Positions 17,472 to 27,294 are shown, counted from the first letter of the stretch. The stretch: 47,482 bases of DNA from a bacterium (GCA_043765155.1 JAYUJP010000043.1:1-47482), one strand, 5' to 3'. Notes: generated by a model not told the origin, from the letters alone. Numbers and translations: made by a program.

Positions 17472-18848
17472 ATGTCCAAAATAAAAGTAACATTTGCAGG
17501 AGGAGCGAGTACACCGACAGGGTCTAATTTCTTGATTGAAATAGGTGACAAAAAGTTTCTCGTCGACTGCGGATTATATCAAGGTGAGCGTATAGCCGAG
17601 TATGAAAATAGAAAAGCTTTTGCTTATGATGTGACAAAAGTAGATGGGCTATTTGTAACTCATGGCCACCTTGATCATGTAGGACGTATACCAAAGCTGT
17701 ACGCTGATGGTTATACTGGTCCAGTATATAGCACGCCGCCAACCAGGGATATTGGTGAGCTTATAATGCTCGACTCATTACACCTACTTGAAAAAGAAGC
17801 AGAGCGTGAGGGCATAACTCCAATGTATCAGGAGAAAGATGTTATTAGGGCTATGCATAACTGGCACACTCAGAATTATCATGAGGTATTACCAGTGCAT
17901 ACTAGCGAGGGTATATTAAAAGTCAGATTTTTAGATGCAGGACATATTATGGGTAGCTCGATGATAGAGTTTGAGCTGAATGGTAAAAAGTTACTTTTTA
18001 CTGGCGACCTCGGCAATACTCCGTCACCACTACTGCGCGATACAGAGAAAATAAAGGATATAAATTATCTTGTTATGGAAAGTGTGTATGGCGACAGAAA
18101 TCATGAAGATATAAACGACAGAGTAGAAAAATTAAAACAGATAATAATCAAAACTGTTAAGCGGGGTGGTACGCTTATGATACCTGCATTTTCTATAGAG
18201 CGTACTCAGGAGATACTTTTTCAAATAAATAATTTTGTCGAAAAAGGTATGATGCCCAGATGCTCAGTATACTTAGATTCGCCGCTTGGAATTAATGTAA
18301 CCAAAGTGTACAAGAGGTATCTTAAGAGTTATATGAACGGCGATATAAATAATATAGTTAGCGGAGGTGACGACATATTTAACTTTCCAGGTCTCAAGAT
18401 AACAGCAACAAAAGAGGAGAGTATGGCTATAAATCATGACATGGGTGCCAAAATAATAATAGCTGGTAGTGGTATGAGTAATGGAGGGCGTATAGTACAT
18501 CATGAGGCAAGATACTTGTCAGACCCTCGTGCCACCTTACTTCTTGTGGGTTATCAAGCGGTAGGTACACTAGGCCGTAAGCTTTATGAGGGTAATAAGA
18601 AAGTTCTAGTAAATCATCAAGATGTAAATGTAAAATGTGAGATAGCTATGATTGGCGGCTTTTCGGCGCACAAGGATAGTGCCCATTTGGTAGAATTTGT
18701 CGAAAGTAGTGCTGATACTCTTAAGCAAGTATTTATAGTTCTGGGTGAGCCTAAAAGCGCAATGTTTTTAGGCCAGCGCATAAGTGAGAATTATGATATA
18801 CCAGTCAAATTACCCGAGCTTGGTGAGACTGTGGAGCTGGAGATGTAG
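17472..18848 (+). CDS. MBL-fold beta-CASP ribonuclease (CPSF/RNase J-like)
   Basis: HGHLDHVG motif, DAGHIMGS, beta-CASP-length middle region, and a C-terminal GFSAHKD motif. Confidence 0.8.
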   Translation: MSKIKVTFAGGASTPTGSNFLIEIGDKKFLVDCGLYQGERIAEYENRKAFAYDVTKVDGLFVTHGHLDHVGRIPKLYADGYTGPVYSTPPTRDIGELIMLDSLHLLEKEAEREGITPMYQEKDVIRAMHNWHTQNYHEVLPVHTSEGILKVRFLDAGHIMGSSMIEFELNGKKLLFTGDLGNTPSPLLRDTEKIKDINYLVMESVYGDRNHEDINDRVEKLKQIIIKTVKRGGTLMIPAFSIERTQEILFQINNFVEKGMMPRCSVYLDSPLGINVTKVYKRYLKSYMNGDINNIVSGGDDIFNFPGLKITATKEESMAINHDMGAKIIIAGSGMSNGGRIVHHEARYLSDPRATLLLVGYQAVGTLGRKLYEGNKKVLVNHQDVNVKCEIAMIGGFSAHKDSAHLVEFVESSADTLKQVFIVLGEPKSAMFLGQRISENYDIPVKLPELGETVELEM

Positions 18849-18905
18849 TTTTTTGTGCTATAATATATTTACAAAAAAAGTTAATAGAAAATAATAATAT
18901 AATAG

Positions 18906-19475
18906 ATGAAAGACAGAATAACAATATCAATAAGCGGAGCAGCTGAAATCTCGCATTGTGGGCCAAGCATAATATTAAAAGCCTTAGAGGTGGGACGCGA
19001 ATGCGCGCATGCTGGAGTTCAGCTCGCAACTGGGGCTACCTCAGGATTCCCGTTATATGTAGCGCAAGGATACAAAGAAATAGATGGGGCGCCACTTTCT
19101 TTTGGCTTGTCACCAGCAGCTACCAAAAGAGAACATCTTGAGAATTATATGTTACCCATAGATTATATGGATGTTATAATATATACTGGGTTTGGATTTC
19201 CAGGGCGTGACCTTATGCTGGTGCGCTCGTCAGATGCTATTATTATTGGCTGCGGTCGCATAGGTACTATACATGAGTTTACAGTAGCTTGGGAGAGCGA
19301 GATGCCAATAGGTATACTCGAGGGTGAATGGGCTACAGATGAGGTTATCAAAAATATTATCGCCAATAGTAACAGAGAAAATCCACTTGTTGTATTTGAT
19401 TCAGACCCAAAAAGACTAGTAGATAAAATAGTATCTATGTGCAAAGAGAGAGGAGAAAAGCAAAGGAGTTTATAA
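18906..19475 (+). CDS. LOG/TIGR00725-like Rossmann-fold nucleotide-binding protein
   Basis: ISISGAA...GVQLATGATSG...GRDLMLVRSSDAIIIGCGRIGTIHEF pattern, typical of the lysine-decarboxylase-like (LOG/SLOG) fold. Confidence 0.55.
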   Translation: MKDRITISISGAAEISHCGPSIILKALEVGRECAHAGVQLATGATSGFPLYVAQGYKEIDGAPLSFGLSPAATKREHLENYMLPIDYMDVIIYTGFGFPGRDLMLVRSSDAIIIGCGRIGTIHEFTVAWESEMPIGILEGEWATDEVIKNIIANSNRENPLVVFDSDPKRLVDKIVSMCKERGEKQRSL

Positions 19476-19596
19476 TTTTAAATAAACAAGAACACCTAAA
19501 CCAGAACGCTATAAATATGTTTTTAAAAATTGGCTCACGCTGTGCGAAGATTTTTTAAAAATATATTTATAGCACTAATTAAATAATATAGAAAAT

Positions 19597-19625
19597 AAAA
19601 GCAGTGCCGAAGGCGCTGCTTTTAA
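19597..19625. terminator. Bidirectional terminator between convergent genes
   Basis: aaaa-gcagtgcc-gaa-ggcgctgc-tttt. Confidence 0.8.
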
Positions 19626-19647
19626 TTTTTAATACTTTATTGAAATA

Positions 19648-20013
19648 TTACTTTGTTACTTTTGCTATTGGGGCTACAAGCTTTATTATCGCCAGTACTG
19701 CATTTGGATCCTCTTGAGCAAGAGTCGCTAGTATTTTCCTATCTACCATCATGTTAGCAGTTGTAGCTGCGGCTATGAATCTTGAGTAGGTTGTACCATT
19801 TTCTCTTAAAAATGCATTGAGTCTAACTGTCCACAATCTTCTCATGTCTGTCTTTTTATCTTTTCTGTGGGCAAATGCATATGCTCCTGCTTTTCTAATT
19901 GCAACTTTCGCAGCCATTTCTGTTTTAGATCTCTGGAATCTATAACCTTTGGCGGCCTTGAGGACATTACGTCTTCTCTTCATTGCAATTTTATTTCGTT
20001 TTACTCTTGCCAT
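19648..20013 (-). CDS. rplT: 50S ribosomal protein L20
   Basis: MARVKRNKIAMKRRRNVLKAAKGYRF... is a typical L20. Confidence 0.93.
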   Translation of the reverse strand: MARVKRNKIAMKRRRNVLKAAKGYRFQRSKTEMAAKVAIRKAGAYAFAHRKDKKTDMRRLWTVRLNAFLRENGTTYSRFIAAATTANMMVDRKILATLAQEDPNAVLAIIKLVAPIAKVTK

Positions 20014-20077
20014 ATATTTATATTTTTAATATTTTATTATTTGTTATTCACCTTTATATTTTAAATGCGCATTTTGA

Positions 20078-20266
20078 CTATAATGCACCAGGTAAAAATC
20101 TAGCCTTTTCTTTTCCAGTCATTTTGAATTCTTGCATTCTGCGTCCTTTCAATGTTCTGTTACCAGTTGCTCTGGCGTTAAAGTGATTTTGACCAGGTTT
20201 TCTCGCTAAGATTTTTCCATTCTTAGTTATTTTTAACCTTTTGATCAGTGATTTGTTTGTTTTCAT
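20078..20266 (-). CDS. rpmI: 50S ribosomal protein L35
   Basis: MKTNKSLIKRLKITKNGKILARKPGQNHF is L35-like. Start set at ATG 20266; the listed TTG 20305 would add 13 atypical residues. Confidence 0.85.
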   Translation of the reverse strand: MKTNKSLIKRLKITKNGKILARKPGQNHFNARATGNRTLKGRRMQEFKMTGKEKARFLPGAL

Positions 20267-20320
20267 GACAGGTTGTATTCTAACATATTTGAAGCTTTTT
20301 TTCAAGGGCTAAAATGTATG

Positions 20321-21121
20321 CTATTTTTTGACGATTATCACAGTATTACTCATGCCGCTTTCACGCTTTATCTCTTTTATTTCAAGTATAGAGTAGCTTG
20401 ATTTTTCAAATATATCTCTTATCTCGGCATAGTCATAATAATGCACGTAGCGGGTATTTTTGTGATGTACGAACCCTATCACAGCGTCAGCATTTTGATT
20501 TAGATCATAGTTACTTTCTGATAGGTTCCAGGTTGTAAATATAGAAACAGTATTTGTCTTGGTAACTCGGTTAGCCTCTTTTAACCAGGCCACCACATTT
20601 GCAGGTGGTATATGATGCAGTACAGCAATGCTTATAACCTGGTTAAATTCTTCATCTTGAAAATCAGACAAAACTAGACCGTCATAATCACGCAGGTCAT
20701 AACTTGGGTATTTCTCTTTTGCTATTTTAATCAATTCTTTTGAGGGGTCTATTCCAACATAATTAATATTATAATTTTCTGCATATTTTATAAAAGGTAC
20801 CTCTAATTTGTTTTCGTTACTTTTATTTAATTTAGCTATCTCGGGTATTAGCCTACCATTACCGCAACCAAGATCTAAGATTTTATTTTCTCCCAAGGCG
20901 CCGCTATGCGGCGCCTTTATTACATGCTTTGTAATCTCTGATATTAATTCTGGCCAAAAGTTCTGCCTAGTCTTGTCCCATTCATTCGCTACCCTGTCAT
21001 ATCCGTCTATTGTGAATTGTATTTTCTCTTCATCGCTTAACTTTTCAACTAATTCCTTATCCACGTCACGGAGTAGTCCAGGCTTATAGAGTTTTTTGTT
21101 TTCGTTCTGCTTCGGATTCAT
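20321..21121 (-). CDS. Class I SAM-dependent methyltransferase
   Basis: Motif I ILDLGCGNGRL and a Rossmann-like continuation. Confidence 0.75.
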   Translation of the reverse strand: MNPKQNENKKLYKPGLLRDVDKELVEKLSDEEKIQFTIDGYDRVANEWDKTRQNFWPELISEITKHVIKAPHSGALGENKILDLGCGNGRLIPEIAKLNKSNENKLEVPFIKYAENYNINYVGIDPSKELIKIAKEKYPSYDLRDYDGLVLSDFQDEEFNQVISIAVLHHIPPANVVAWLKEANRVTKTNTVSIFTTWNLSESNYDLNQNADAVIGFVHHKNTRYVHYYDYAEIRDIFEKSSYSILEIKEIKRESGMSNTVIIVKK

Positions 21122-21169
21122 ATAGACACTTTAACATATTTATAAAGTTTTAGGAAAATTAAAACCGTT

Positions 21170-21541
21170 TTATTTTATAATCTTGTATGTTAGGCCTGCA
21201 AACACTGGATTTCTATTAAAGAATTTTCCGTCGATCATTCCAAAGTCCGTATTTAACGTATCTTCATTTGAACAGTTCCAGTTTTCCCAAGATACTATTG
21301 AGCAGTCCTTATATTTTTTCATTGGATTTGAATTATACTGCTTAAGTACTGGAATCTCCTCTATAACGTATTGGTTTTTTATATTTACGTAATAAATACT
21401 TTCACTTAAAAGCGCACCGTCTTGGAATCTCCCGACTGTTACCGTTCTTACTTCTTTTTGACTACCGTTCATATTAAAAATTAACACATAAGCGATTATC
21501 GCAAGTAAAATAACAATAATAAAACGTAGTTCTGTTTTCAT
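21170..21541 (-). CDS. Hypothetical membrane-anchored small protein
   Basis: N-terminal TM helix, 123 aa. Confidence 0.5.
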   Translation of the reverse strand: MKTELRFIIVILLAIIAYVLIFNMNGSQKEVRTVTVGRFQDGALLSESIYYVNIKNQYVIEEIPVLKQYNSNPMKKYKDCSIVSWENWNCSNEDTLNTDFGMIDGKFFNRNPVFAGLTYKIIK

Positions 21542-21585
21542 AATATAATCTTAGCATATTATACTAAGATATACCACTTTTTATA

Positions 21586-21594
21586 TGCTATAAT
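21586..21594 (+). promoter_or_regulatory. Extended -10 element TGcTATAAT, 6 nt before the ATG (leaderless configuration)
   Basis: TATAAT at 21589-21594 and ATG at 21601. Confidence 0.5.
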
Positions 21595-21600
21595 TAAAAA

Positions 21601-22794
21601 ATGAAAAAAGTTATTAATTATAAAAATTTTATTATTTTAGCTACAAGCTTATTAGTAATGATACCTCTTGTTATATATTTTAACAATAAAAACCAAAACC
21701 AAGATAAAAGTCAGATCCAGACATATAAAAAAGCACTTTATTTTAAAGATAGTAAAATTTTAGATCTAGCCCTAACCTTAGACTATAGCTTGGATAGCAG
21801 AAGGTTATATTTTGATGGTGAGATAAAAAAATTAAACGGTGCTAGTGTCGATATAAAATTTGTAGAAGATAAACTCCGCTACTTACTGTCTGATGCAGAA
21901 GATAAGGTAAAATCAGAAAGTTTCTCTAAGCGTGGTATAGAAATTAAAAAAACTTTGGATTATGAATCAAAGCCTAAAAAGGGCTGGTATGAAAATGCAG
22001 AGATTACTTATACGCTTGGAGATTATAAATTAGTAGTAGCTTCTCCTTGGGATAAAGAGTATCAATCTTTTTTCTCGGACATTGATGATTTACAATACAC
22101 TAAGCTTACTATATTAAAAGGTGATAAAATAATCTCCTCAAAGGAAATTCCTGCTTTGTATCCAAATAAAATACAAGAATTTTATTTAGATAATACACAA
22201 TATATAAATATTTTTCTTAATGCTGGTGGTATGCATGGATGCTGCAGCACCATTTCTGTTGTCTATGATAAAAGTAAAAACGAGGCCCCAAAAATAGGTG
22301 ACAAAGCTTTGTACTCTGATGAAGCGTATGAACCAGAAATAAACAGTAGAGTATTCTCTAAAAATAATGAATTATACATAGTACTCGTGGGCAATGTTTT
22401 CTCGTATCCAGCCTCAAGAGGTGCTACGGTTCCCATGATATACAGAATAGATAAAAATACAGGTAACCTCATACTTGCAAGCAAAGAATTCTCTAGCTTA
22501 TATATGGAATCTGCTAATCTAATTATGAAGCAATTAGAGGATATGAGGTCAAAATACGACAAAGAAGAATTTAAGGTCGCTTTAAATTATCCACCTAATA
22601 CCGAAGAGATAGAGCCATTCTTTTATTATTATAATGAGATGATACTTCTTGGCAAGACTAATATAAATGAGTACGATCAAGCCATAAAAGATTTTGTATT
22701 AATATATAAAAAGTTTTTTGGAGAAGATAAAGTTCTAGATCAAGAATATTTATATAAGTATAAAAACTGGAGTGCTCAATTATTAAAAAGATAA
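21601..22794 (+). CDS. Hypothetical membrane-anchored or secreted protein
   Basis: 397 aa with an N-terminal TM/signal segment. No recognisable domain. Confidence 0.55.
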   Translation: MKKVINYKNFIILATSLLVMIPLVIYFNNKNQNQDKSQIQTYKKALYFKDSKILDLALTLDYSLDSRRLYFDGEIKKLNGASVDIKFVEDKLRYLLSDAEDKVKSESFSKRGIEIKKTLDYESKPKKGWYENAEITYTLGDYKLVVASPWDKEYQSFFSDIDDLQYTKLTILKGDKIISSKEIPALYPNKIQEFYLDNTQYINIFLNAGGMHGCCSTISVVYDKSKNEAPKIGDKALYSDEAYEPEINSRVFSKNNELYIVLVGNVFSYPASRGATVPMIYRIDKNTGNLILASKEFSSLYMESANLIMKQLEDMRSKYDKEEFKVALNYPPNTEEIEPFFYYYNEMILLGKTNINEYDQAIKDFVLIYKKFFGEDKVLDQEYLYKYKNWSAQLLKR

Positions 22795-22813
22795 AATAAA
22801 AAGCCTTTTTTCC

Positions 22814-22842
22814 TTGACAGATATTTGTTATTAGTATATTAT
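22814..22842 (+). promoter_or_regulatory. Promoter TTGACA-17-TATTAT
   Basis: Read directly. Upstream of the small ORF at 22918. Confidence 0.5.
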
Positions 22843-22917
22843 TAAGAGTAAGAAAGAAAGCTTTTTAAGCTAGAGGTTCTTCTGCCTCAACATTAATAAA
22901 AAATAACCCCACGCAAA

Positions 22918-23178
22918 ATGCAACATAATAATTTTATTTATTTTATTCACAACTTACAAACTCTAAACTTCAATAAAAGTTTTGATAATCTCAATCTTGA
23001 TTATGATATTTTGGTTCCTGATTCTTTAAGGAGATACAGTTTTGTAGCTGTTTATAATATAGATACACATGTTTTATTAGCCAAAGTTCACTCTTTAGAA
23101 GAGATTAAAAATGGAAATAGTATATTTAGTATATATAAAATACCAAAACTATCTCCTTTATGTCATTTTAAAAACTAA
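22918..23178 (+). CDS. Small hypothetical protein (86 aa)
   Basis: ORF bracketed by a near-consensus promoter and a hairpin terminator at 23196-23219. Confidence 0.35.
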   Translation: MQHNNFIYFIHNLQTLNFNKSFDNLNLDYDILVPDSLRRYSFVAVYNIDTHVLLAKVHSLEEIKNGNSIFSIYKIPKLSPLCHFKN

Positions 23179-23458
23179 AGTATAAATAGTTATTAAAAAT
23201 ACTCGAAAGGGTATTTTTAATTTGCCATAACTATTTTTTCATGCTATAATATTTTTAAGTAAAGCTTTTAAAATATAAGCTAAAAGTTTTATTTATCGTA
23301 GGTTAGATGATTATACAAAGCACTTCTTAAAATCTCTTTTATTTTAAATAAAAAATTAAAAAGTGTAATTTATTTTTAAAATTATTTTCTAAAAAAATAA
23401 AATAAATAATAGAGAAAAAAATTTTGTATATTTATTTACTTTAATATAAATAAAATTT

Positions 23459-25420
23459 ATGTCGCAAAATAGTAGCAGAAGTAATCCGCAAGAGATAAGA
23501 ACTGATGACCTTAATCATGATAAGTTAGGAGTTTTTAATATATTTGAAAACATAGATAGTGAGGTAAAAGTGGCCAAGCTTAAGAGATTAATTATGCGTG
23601 ACAAATATTGGCATGACCGCGTACTAAGTGTGAGGAAAAAGATAAATAGTAAAGTCGATAACCCAGGCACAATGCCTAATAATCCAGAATTACTAGCGCT
23701 GTATTATGAGCTAATCGAAGAGAAAGTTTTAAATCAGAGCGGCAGCGTGATAAAAAAGTCTGAGAGTGTGATACAAATCCTAAAAAGACTAAAAGTAAGA
23801 TCTAACTCGGGGGTTGCGGTGATAAGCTTGCTGACCAAGCCTTATACTTGTCCTGGGCGCTGTATATATTGTCCTACTGAAAAGAATATGCCAAAGTCAT
23901 ATCTGAGCCGTGAGCCTGCAGCGGCGCGCGCCCTACTTAATCGTTTTGATCCATATAAGCAGATAAGTATGCGCCTGCGCGCCCTCACTATGAATGGTCA
24001 CCCAGTGGATAAAGTTGAGATGATAATGATAGGGGGTACCTGGAATTTTTACCCAAAAGAATATCAAGAATGGTTCACAAAAGAAAGCTTTCGGGCCTGT
24101 AATAACTGGAAGTCTGTAGAGGAGGGGCGCGAATTTCTAGAGGCTAGTCACAGCAAAAGCCTAGAGGAACTTCAGATTATAAATGAGTCAGTGCATGCGC
24201 GTATCATAGGTCTAAGCATAGAGACTCGCCCAGATTATATAACCGAGTCAGAATTAAAATGGCTACGTATTTTGGGTGTGACCAAGGTAGAACTGGGCGT
24301 CCAGCATCTTGATCAGGGTGTGCTTGATTTTAATAAAAGAGAAATGACTGCAAAAAGTATAGCGGAGGGGAGTGAGATGCTACGTGATTATGGCTTCAAG
24401 GTTGTGTATCATATGATGCCTAACCTGCCGACTAGCAATCCAGAAATGGATGTAGAGGCTTTTAGGCAATTGTATAATGGCCTAGACCATCACCCAGACA
24501 TGATGAAAATATATCCGTGCATGGTACTACGTGGCTCATTGTTATATAAGATGGTAACTCAAAATAAGATAGAGTACAAAGCTTATGACGATATCACCCT
24601 TACCCATGTGCTCGCTGATTGTGAAAAGTATGTACCAAATTATACAAGGCTGATCAGGGTGATACGTGATATACCTGCTGATTATATTATTATTGGATCT
24701 AAAAAATCTAATCTGCGTGAGGACGTAGATAAGTATCAACAGGCCAGAAATGTACCGCAGGTAGACATAAGGGCAAGAGAAATTAGGGACAGAGATGTGG
24801 ACCCAAAAGATTTTAATATGACCGAGACCTGGTATGAGACACGTCATGGATATGAATGCTTTTTACAATTTGAAAATGAAAAAGATGCAAGAGGGCAAAA
24901 TAAATTAGCAGGATTCTTGAGACTTAGATTACCAAAATTTGCAGAAATAAAAAAAGATGCAGATAATAAAACCTTTCAAATAGAAAGAGAGAAAGAGGAT
25001 GCAGAAAATGAAAACAAAATTAGTGATATAGATGAAGTAAAAAATCTAGAAAATTTAAATACTAAAAAATCTCAAAACTGGGGATTAGAAAAGTGGTATA
25101 AGGAGACAGAAGAATTTGCTAAGCTTTACCCGAATAAAATATCACAGCTACTAAGTGAGAGTGCGCTAGTGCGTGAGCTGCATGTCTACGGTACCATGAG
25201 GCGTGTCGGTGAAGAGGGTAATCAAAGTCAGCACACAGGCATGGGTAAGGCTTTGCTTAAAAGGGTAGAGGAGATAGCGGGCGGTGATAATAAATATTTT
25301 AAAAATAACTTGGTACCAAAATATAATAAACTCGCTATTATTTCTGGTATCGGAGTGCGCGAGTATTATAGAAAAAGAGGATATCACCTAGAGGAGACAT
25401 ATATGGTAAAGGAGATATAA
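23459..25420 (+). CDS. elp3: Elp3-family radical SAM / GNAT acetyltransferase (tRNA U34 cm5-type modification enzyme homologue)
   Basis: Radical-SAM cluster motif CPGRCIYCP (from 23849), IGGTWNFYP, IETRPDY, KVELGVQ, and C-terminal RELHVYG...QHTGMGKALL...ISGIGVREYYRKRGY, which matches the Elp3 KAT domain. Confidence 0.85.
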   Translation: MSQNSSRSNPQEIRTDDLNHDKLGVFNIFENIDSEVKVAKLKRLIMRDKYWHDRVLSVRKKINSKVDNPGTMPNNPELLALYYELIEEKVLNQSGSVIKKSESVIQILKRLKVRSNSGVAVISLLTKPYTCPGRCIYCPTEKNMPKSYLSREPAAARALLNRFDPYKQISMRLRALTMNGHPVDKVEMIMIGGTWNFYPKEYQEWFTKESFRACNNWKSVEEGREFLEASHSKSLEELQIINESVHARIIGLSIETRPDYITESELKWLRILGVTKVELGVQHLDQGVLDFNKREMTAKSIAEGSEMLRDYGFKVVYHMMPNLPTSNPEMDVEAFRQLYNGLDHHPDMMKIYPCMVLRGSLLYKMVTQNKIEYKAYDDITLTHVLADCEKYVPNYTRLIRVIRDIPADYIIIGSKKSNLREDVDKYQQARNVPQVDIRAREIRDRDVDPKDFNMTETWYETRHGYECFLQFENEKDARGQNKLAGFLRLRLPKFAEIKKDADNKTFQIEREKEDAENENKISDIDEVKNLENLNTKKSQNWGLEKWYKETEEFAKLYPNKISQLLSESALVRELHVYGTMRRVGEEGNQSQHTGMGKALLKRVEEIAGGDNKYFKNNLVPKYNKLAIISGIGVREYYRKRGYHLEETYMVKEI

Positions 25421-25423
25421 AAT

Positions 25424-25452
25424 AAAAACAGGATTTTATTCCTGTTTTTATT
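25424..25452. terminator. Bidirectional terminator between elp3 and rpsA
   Basis: aaaaacagga-ttttat-tcctgttttt. Confidence 0.8.
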
Positions 25453-25480
25453 TCAAATTTTATTTTTCTATAATTTCTAA

Positions 25481-26578
25481 TTACGCCTTGAATCCTAGAG
25501 TCATTTTTTGCTCATTTGGTTCAAATACATTTATTTCAAATTTGTACATTTTACCAAGTGATATTTTCTCTCTCATTTTTGGCTCATCACCAAAGTCGCT
25601 CATATGTACAAGTCCGGCTACGCCTTCCTCGATAGATACTAGCGCTCCGTGCTTGTTGAACTTGATAACAAGTCCCGAGACTGTATCACCCTTATTGTAC
25701 TTGTTAGTAGCACTAATCCAAGGATTTTCTTTTGTTGCCTTGATTGATAGTGATATCTTGTCCGACTTTACGTCTATGACTTTTGCGTGTACTTTATCAC
25801 CAACTTTTGCATGATTTTTAGTATCCTCAACTAGTCCCCAGTCAATTTCTGACTTGTGTACTAGCGCCTCGATACCATCGCTTAGCTTAACAAATATACC
25901 AAAGTCCACAACTCCAGTAACAACACCGTCTACCTCTTCGCCAAGATAATGCTCAGCACGTGCTGCTGATGTACCTGACTTATCAAAGTTTTTAGATTCT
26001 GATTTATCATAACTATTTGAAGTTGATCCAGACTTGCCGTCCATACCTTTTTGTCCAAATATAAGCTTACCTTCTTTTGGTATAGCCGATATGATGTTCA
26101 TAGATATACGCTTGCCGATGAGTTTCTTTAGCTCAGCAGTAATCTTATCTTTGTCACCATCGTCAACCTTTGGATAATTCTCCTCTGATAATTGTGATGC
26201 TGGTAAGAATCCATTGATACCATTCCAGTCTATGATTAGACCTCCTTTATTTGCCTCTTTTACTACTAGGTCCAGAGTTCTCCTTTCCTTGATAGCGTCC
26301 TCAGCCTCACTCCAGATAAGAGCAGTTCTAGCTTCACGTAGTGATAGCTCGACATAACCCTCCTCATTTTCAGTCATTATAACTTTTGCAGAGATAGAGT
26401 CACCTATATTTATCTTTTTGATAAGCTCACGAGCGTTAATGTATTCTACTCCGTATATCATACCTGTACCATATACTCCTAGGTCTACGTATACAGCTGA
26501 TCTTTCGATAGCAACCACAACACCTTCTACTGTGTCTTGATTGTTGATTGTTTTATTTTCTACTATTTCTTCTGCCAT
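25481..26578 (-). CDS. rpsA: 30S ribosomal protein S1 (short, about four S1 domains)
   Basis: Repeated S1 OB-fold signatures (GVV..I....VYVDLG, GVVTGVVDFGIFVKL, GDKVHAKVIDV, GLVIKFNKHGALVSI). Confidence 0.8.
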   Translation of the reverse strand: MAEEIVENKTINNQDTVEGVVVAIERSAVYVDLGVYGTGMIYGVEYINARELIKKINIGDSISAKVIMTENEEGYVELSLREARTALIWSEAEDAIKERRTLDLVVKEANKGGLIIDWNGINGFLPASQLSEENYPKVDDGDKDKITAELKKLIGKRISMNIISAIPKEGKLIFGQKGMDGKSGSTSNSYDKSESKNFDKSGTSAARAEHYLGEEVDGVVTGVVDFGIFVKLSDGIEALVHKSEIDWGLVEDTKNHAKVGDKVHAKVIDVKSDKISLSIKATKENPWISATNKYNKGDTVSGLVIKFNKHGALVSIEEGVAGLVHMSDFGDEPKMREKISLGKMYKFEINVFEPNEQKMTLGFKA

Positions 26579-26850
26579 ATTTTAAATTTATAAATAACTT
26601 AATATTTAATTTTACAAAAATAAAACTCATGAGCAAACATGAGAAAGTTTTTGCTCGGCTTTTAATTTTCTGTTTTATTTTATAAATATTTTTTAACAAA
26701 ATTTATTAGAGTTAACTAATAGTTTTTATTAAAAGACAGTTATTTTTTGAACAGGGTTAAGATTAAAAGTTTATTTTTAATTGATAATTCTACAATTATT
26801 CAGAGTTTATAACTAGATATTAATAAATGTTACTAATGTGTGGCTAGCTC

Positions 26851-26879
26851 TTGCAAATTTGAATTAAGTATATTATAAT
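26851..26879 (+). promoter_or_regulatory. Promoter TTGCAA-17-TATAAT
   Basis: Read directly. Drives the small ORF at 26945. Confidence 0.55.
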
Positions 26880-26944
26880 ACATTTCCGCTTATTTAGCAA
26901 GCGTATTGCTGTTAAATTAAAAGCGGAAAAAGAGGAGATTGCAG

Positions 26945-27214
26945 ATGATTCAAATCCCGCCACATGAACTGGGCTCAGCCACAAAAGTGTTCAAAAATAT
27001 GTTGGCTGCTGGCTGGAAAATAATTTCGGCTAAAAAGGAAAAAGTTACCAAAGTGACGGTTGTTCTTCAAAAATTAATTAAAGGCTTTTTTGTAGAAAAA
27101 GTTTTAATTGTTGGTCAATGGGCTTTACCCAAAACAGAAAAACGGCCACAGCGCATAAAACAACGTCAACAAAGGCATGGTAGTTCAAAACAAGTACGCA
27201 TGGGTTACTGCTAA
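26945..27214 (+). CDS. Small basic hypothetical protein (89 aa)
   Basis: Strong SD aagaggag 7 nt before the ATG, its own promoter, a 5' UTR hairpin (ttccgctt...aagcggaa), and its own terminator. No recognisable family. Confidence 0.45.
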   Translation: MIQIPPHELGSATKVFKNMLAAGWKIISAKKEKVTKVTVVLQKLIKGFFVEKVLIVGQWALPKTEKRPQRIKQRQQRHGSSKQVRMGYC

Positions 27215-27226
27215 AAATTAATACGA

Positions 27227-27265
27227 GCGGGTAAAAATTATACAAATTTTACCCGCTTTTTCTTT
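27227..27265 (+). terminator. Rho-independent terminator
   Basis: gcgggtaaaa-10 nt loop-ttttacccgc followed by ttttt. Confidence 0.85.
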
Positions 27266-27294
27266 TGCGTAGTCTATATTATTTATACTTGTTG

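Noticed and set aside
18956-19141. A 61-aa ORF in an alternative frame inside the LOG-like gene, and the small ORFs 19867..20064 and 19983..20186 opposite rplT/rpmI.
   Set aside because: They are fully embedded in, or antisense to, genes with strong family signatures. They have no start context and their translations are implausible.
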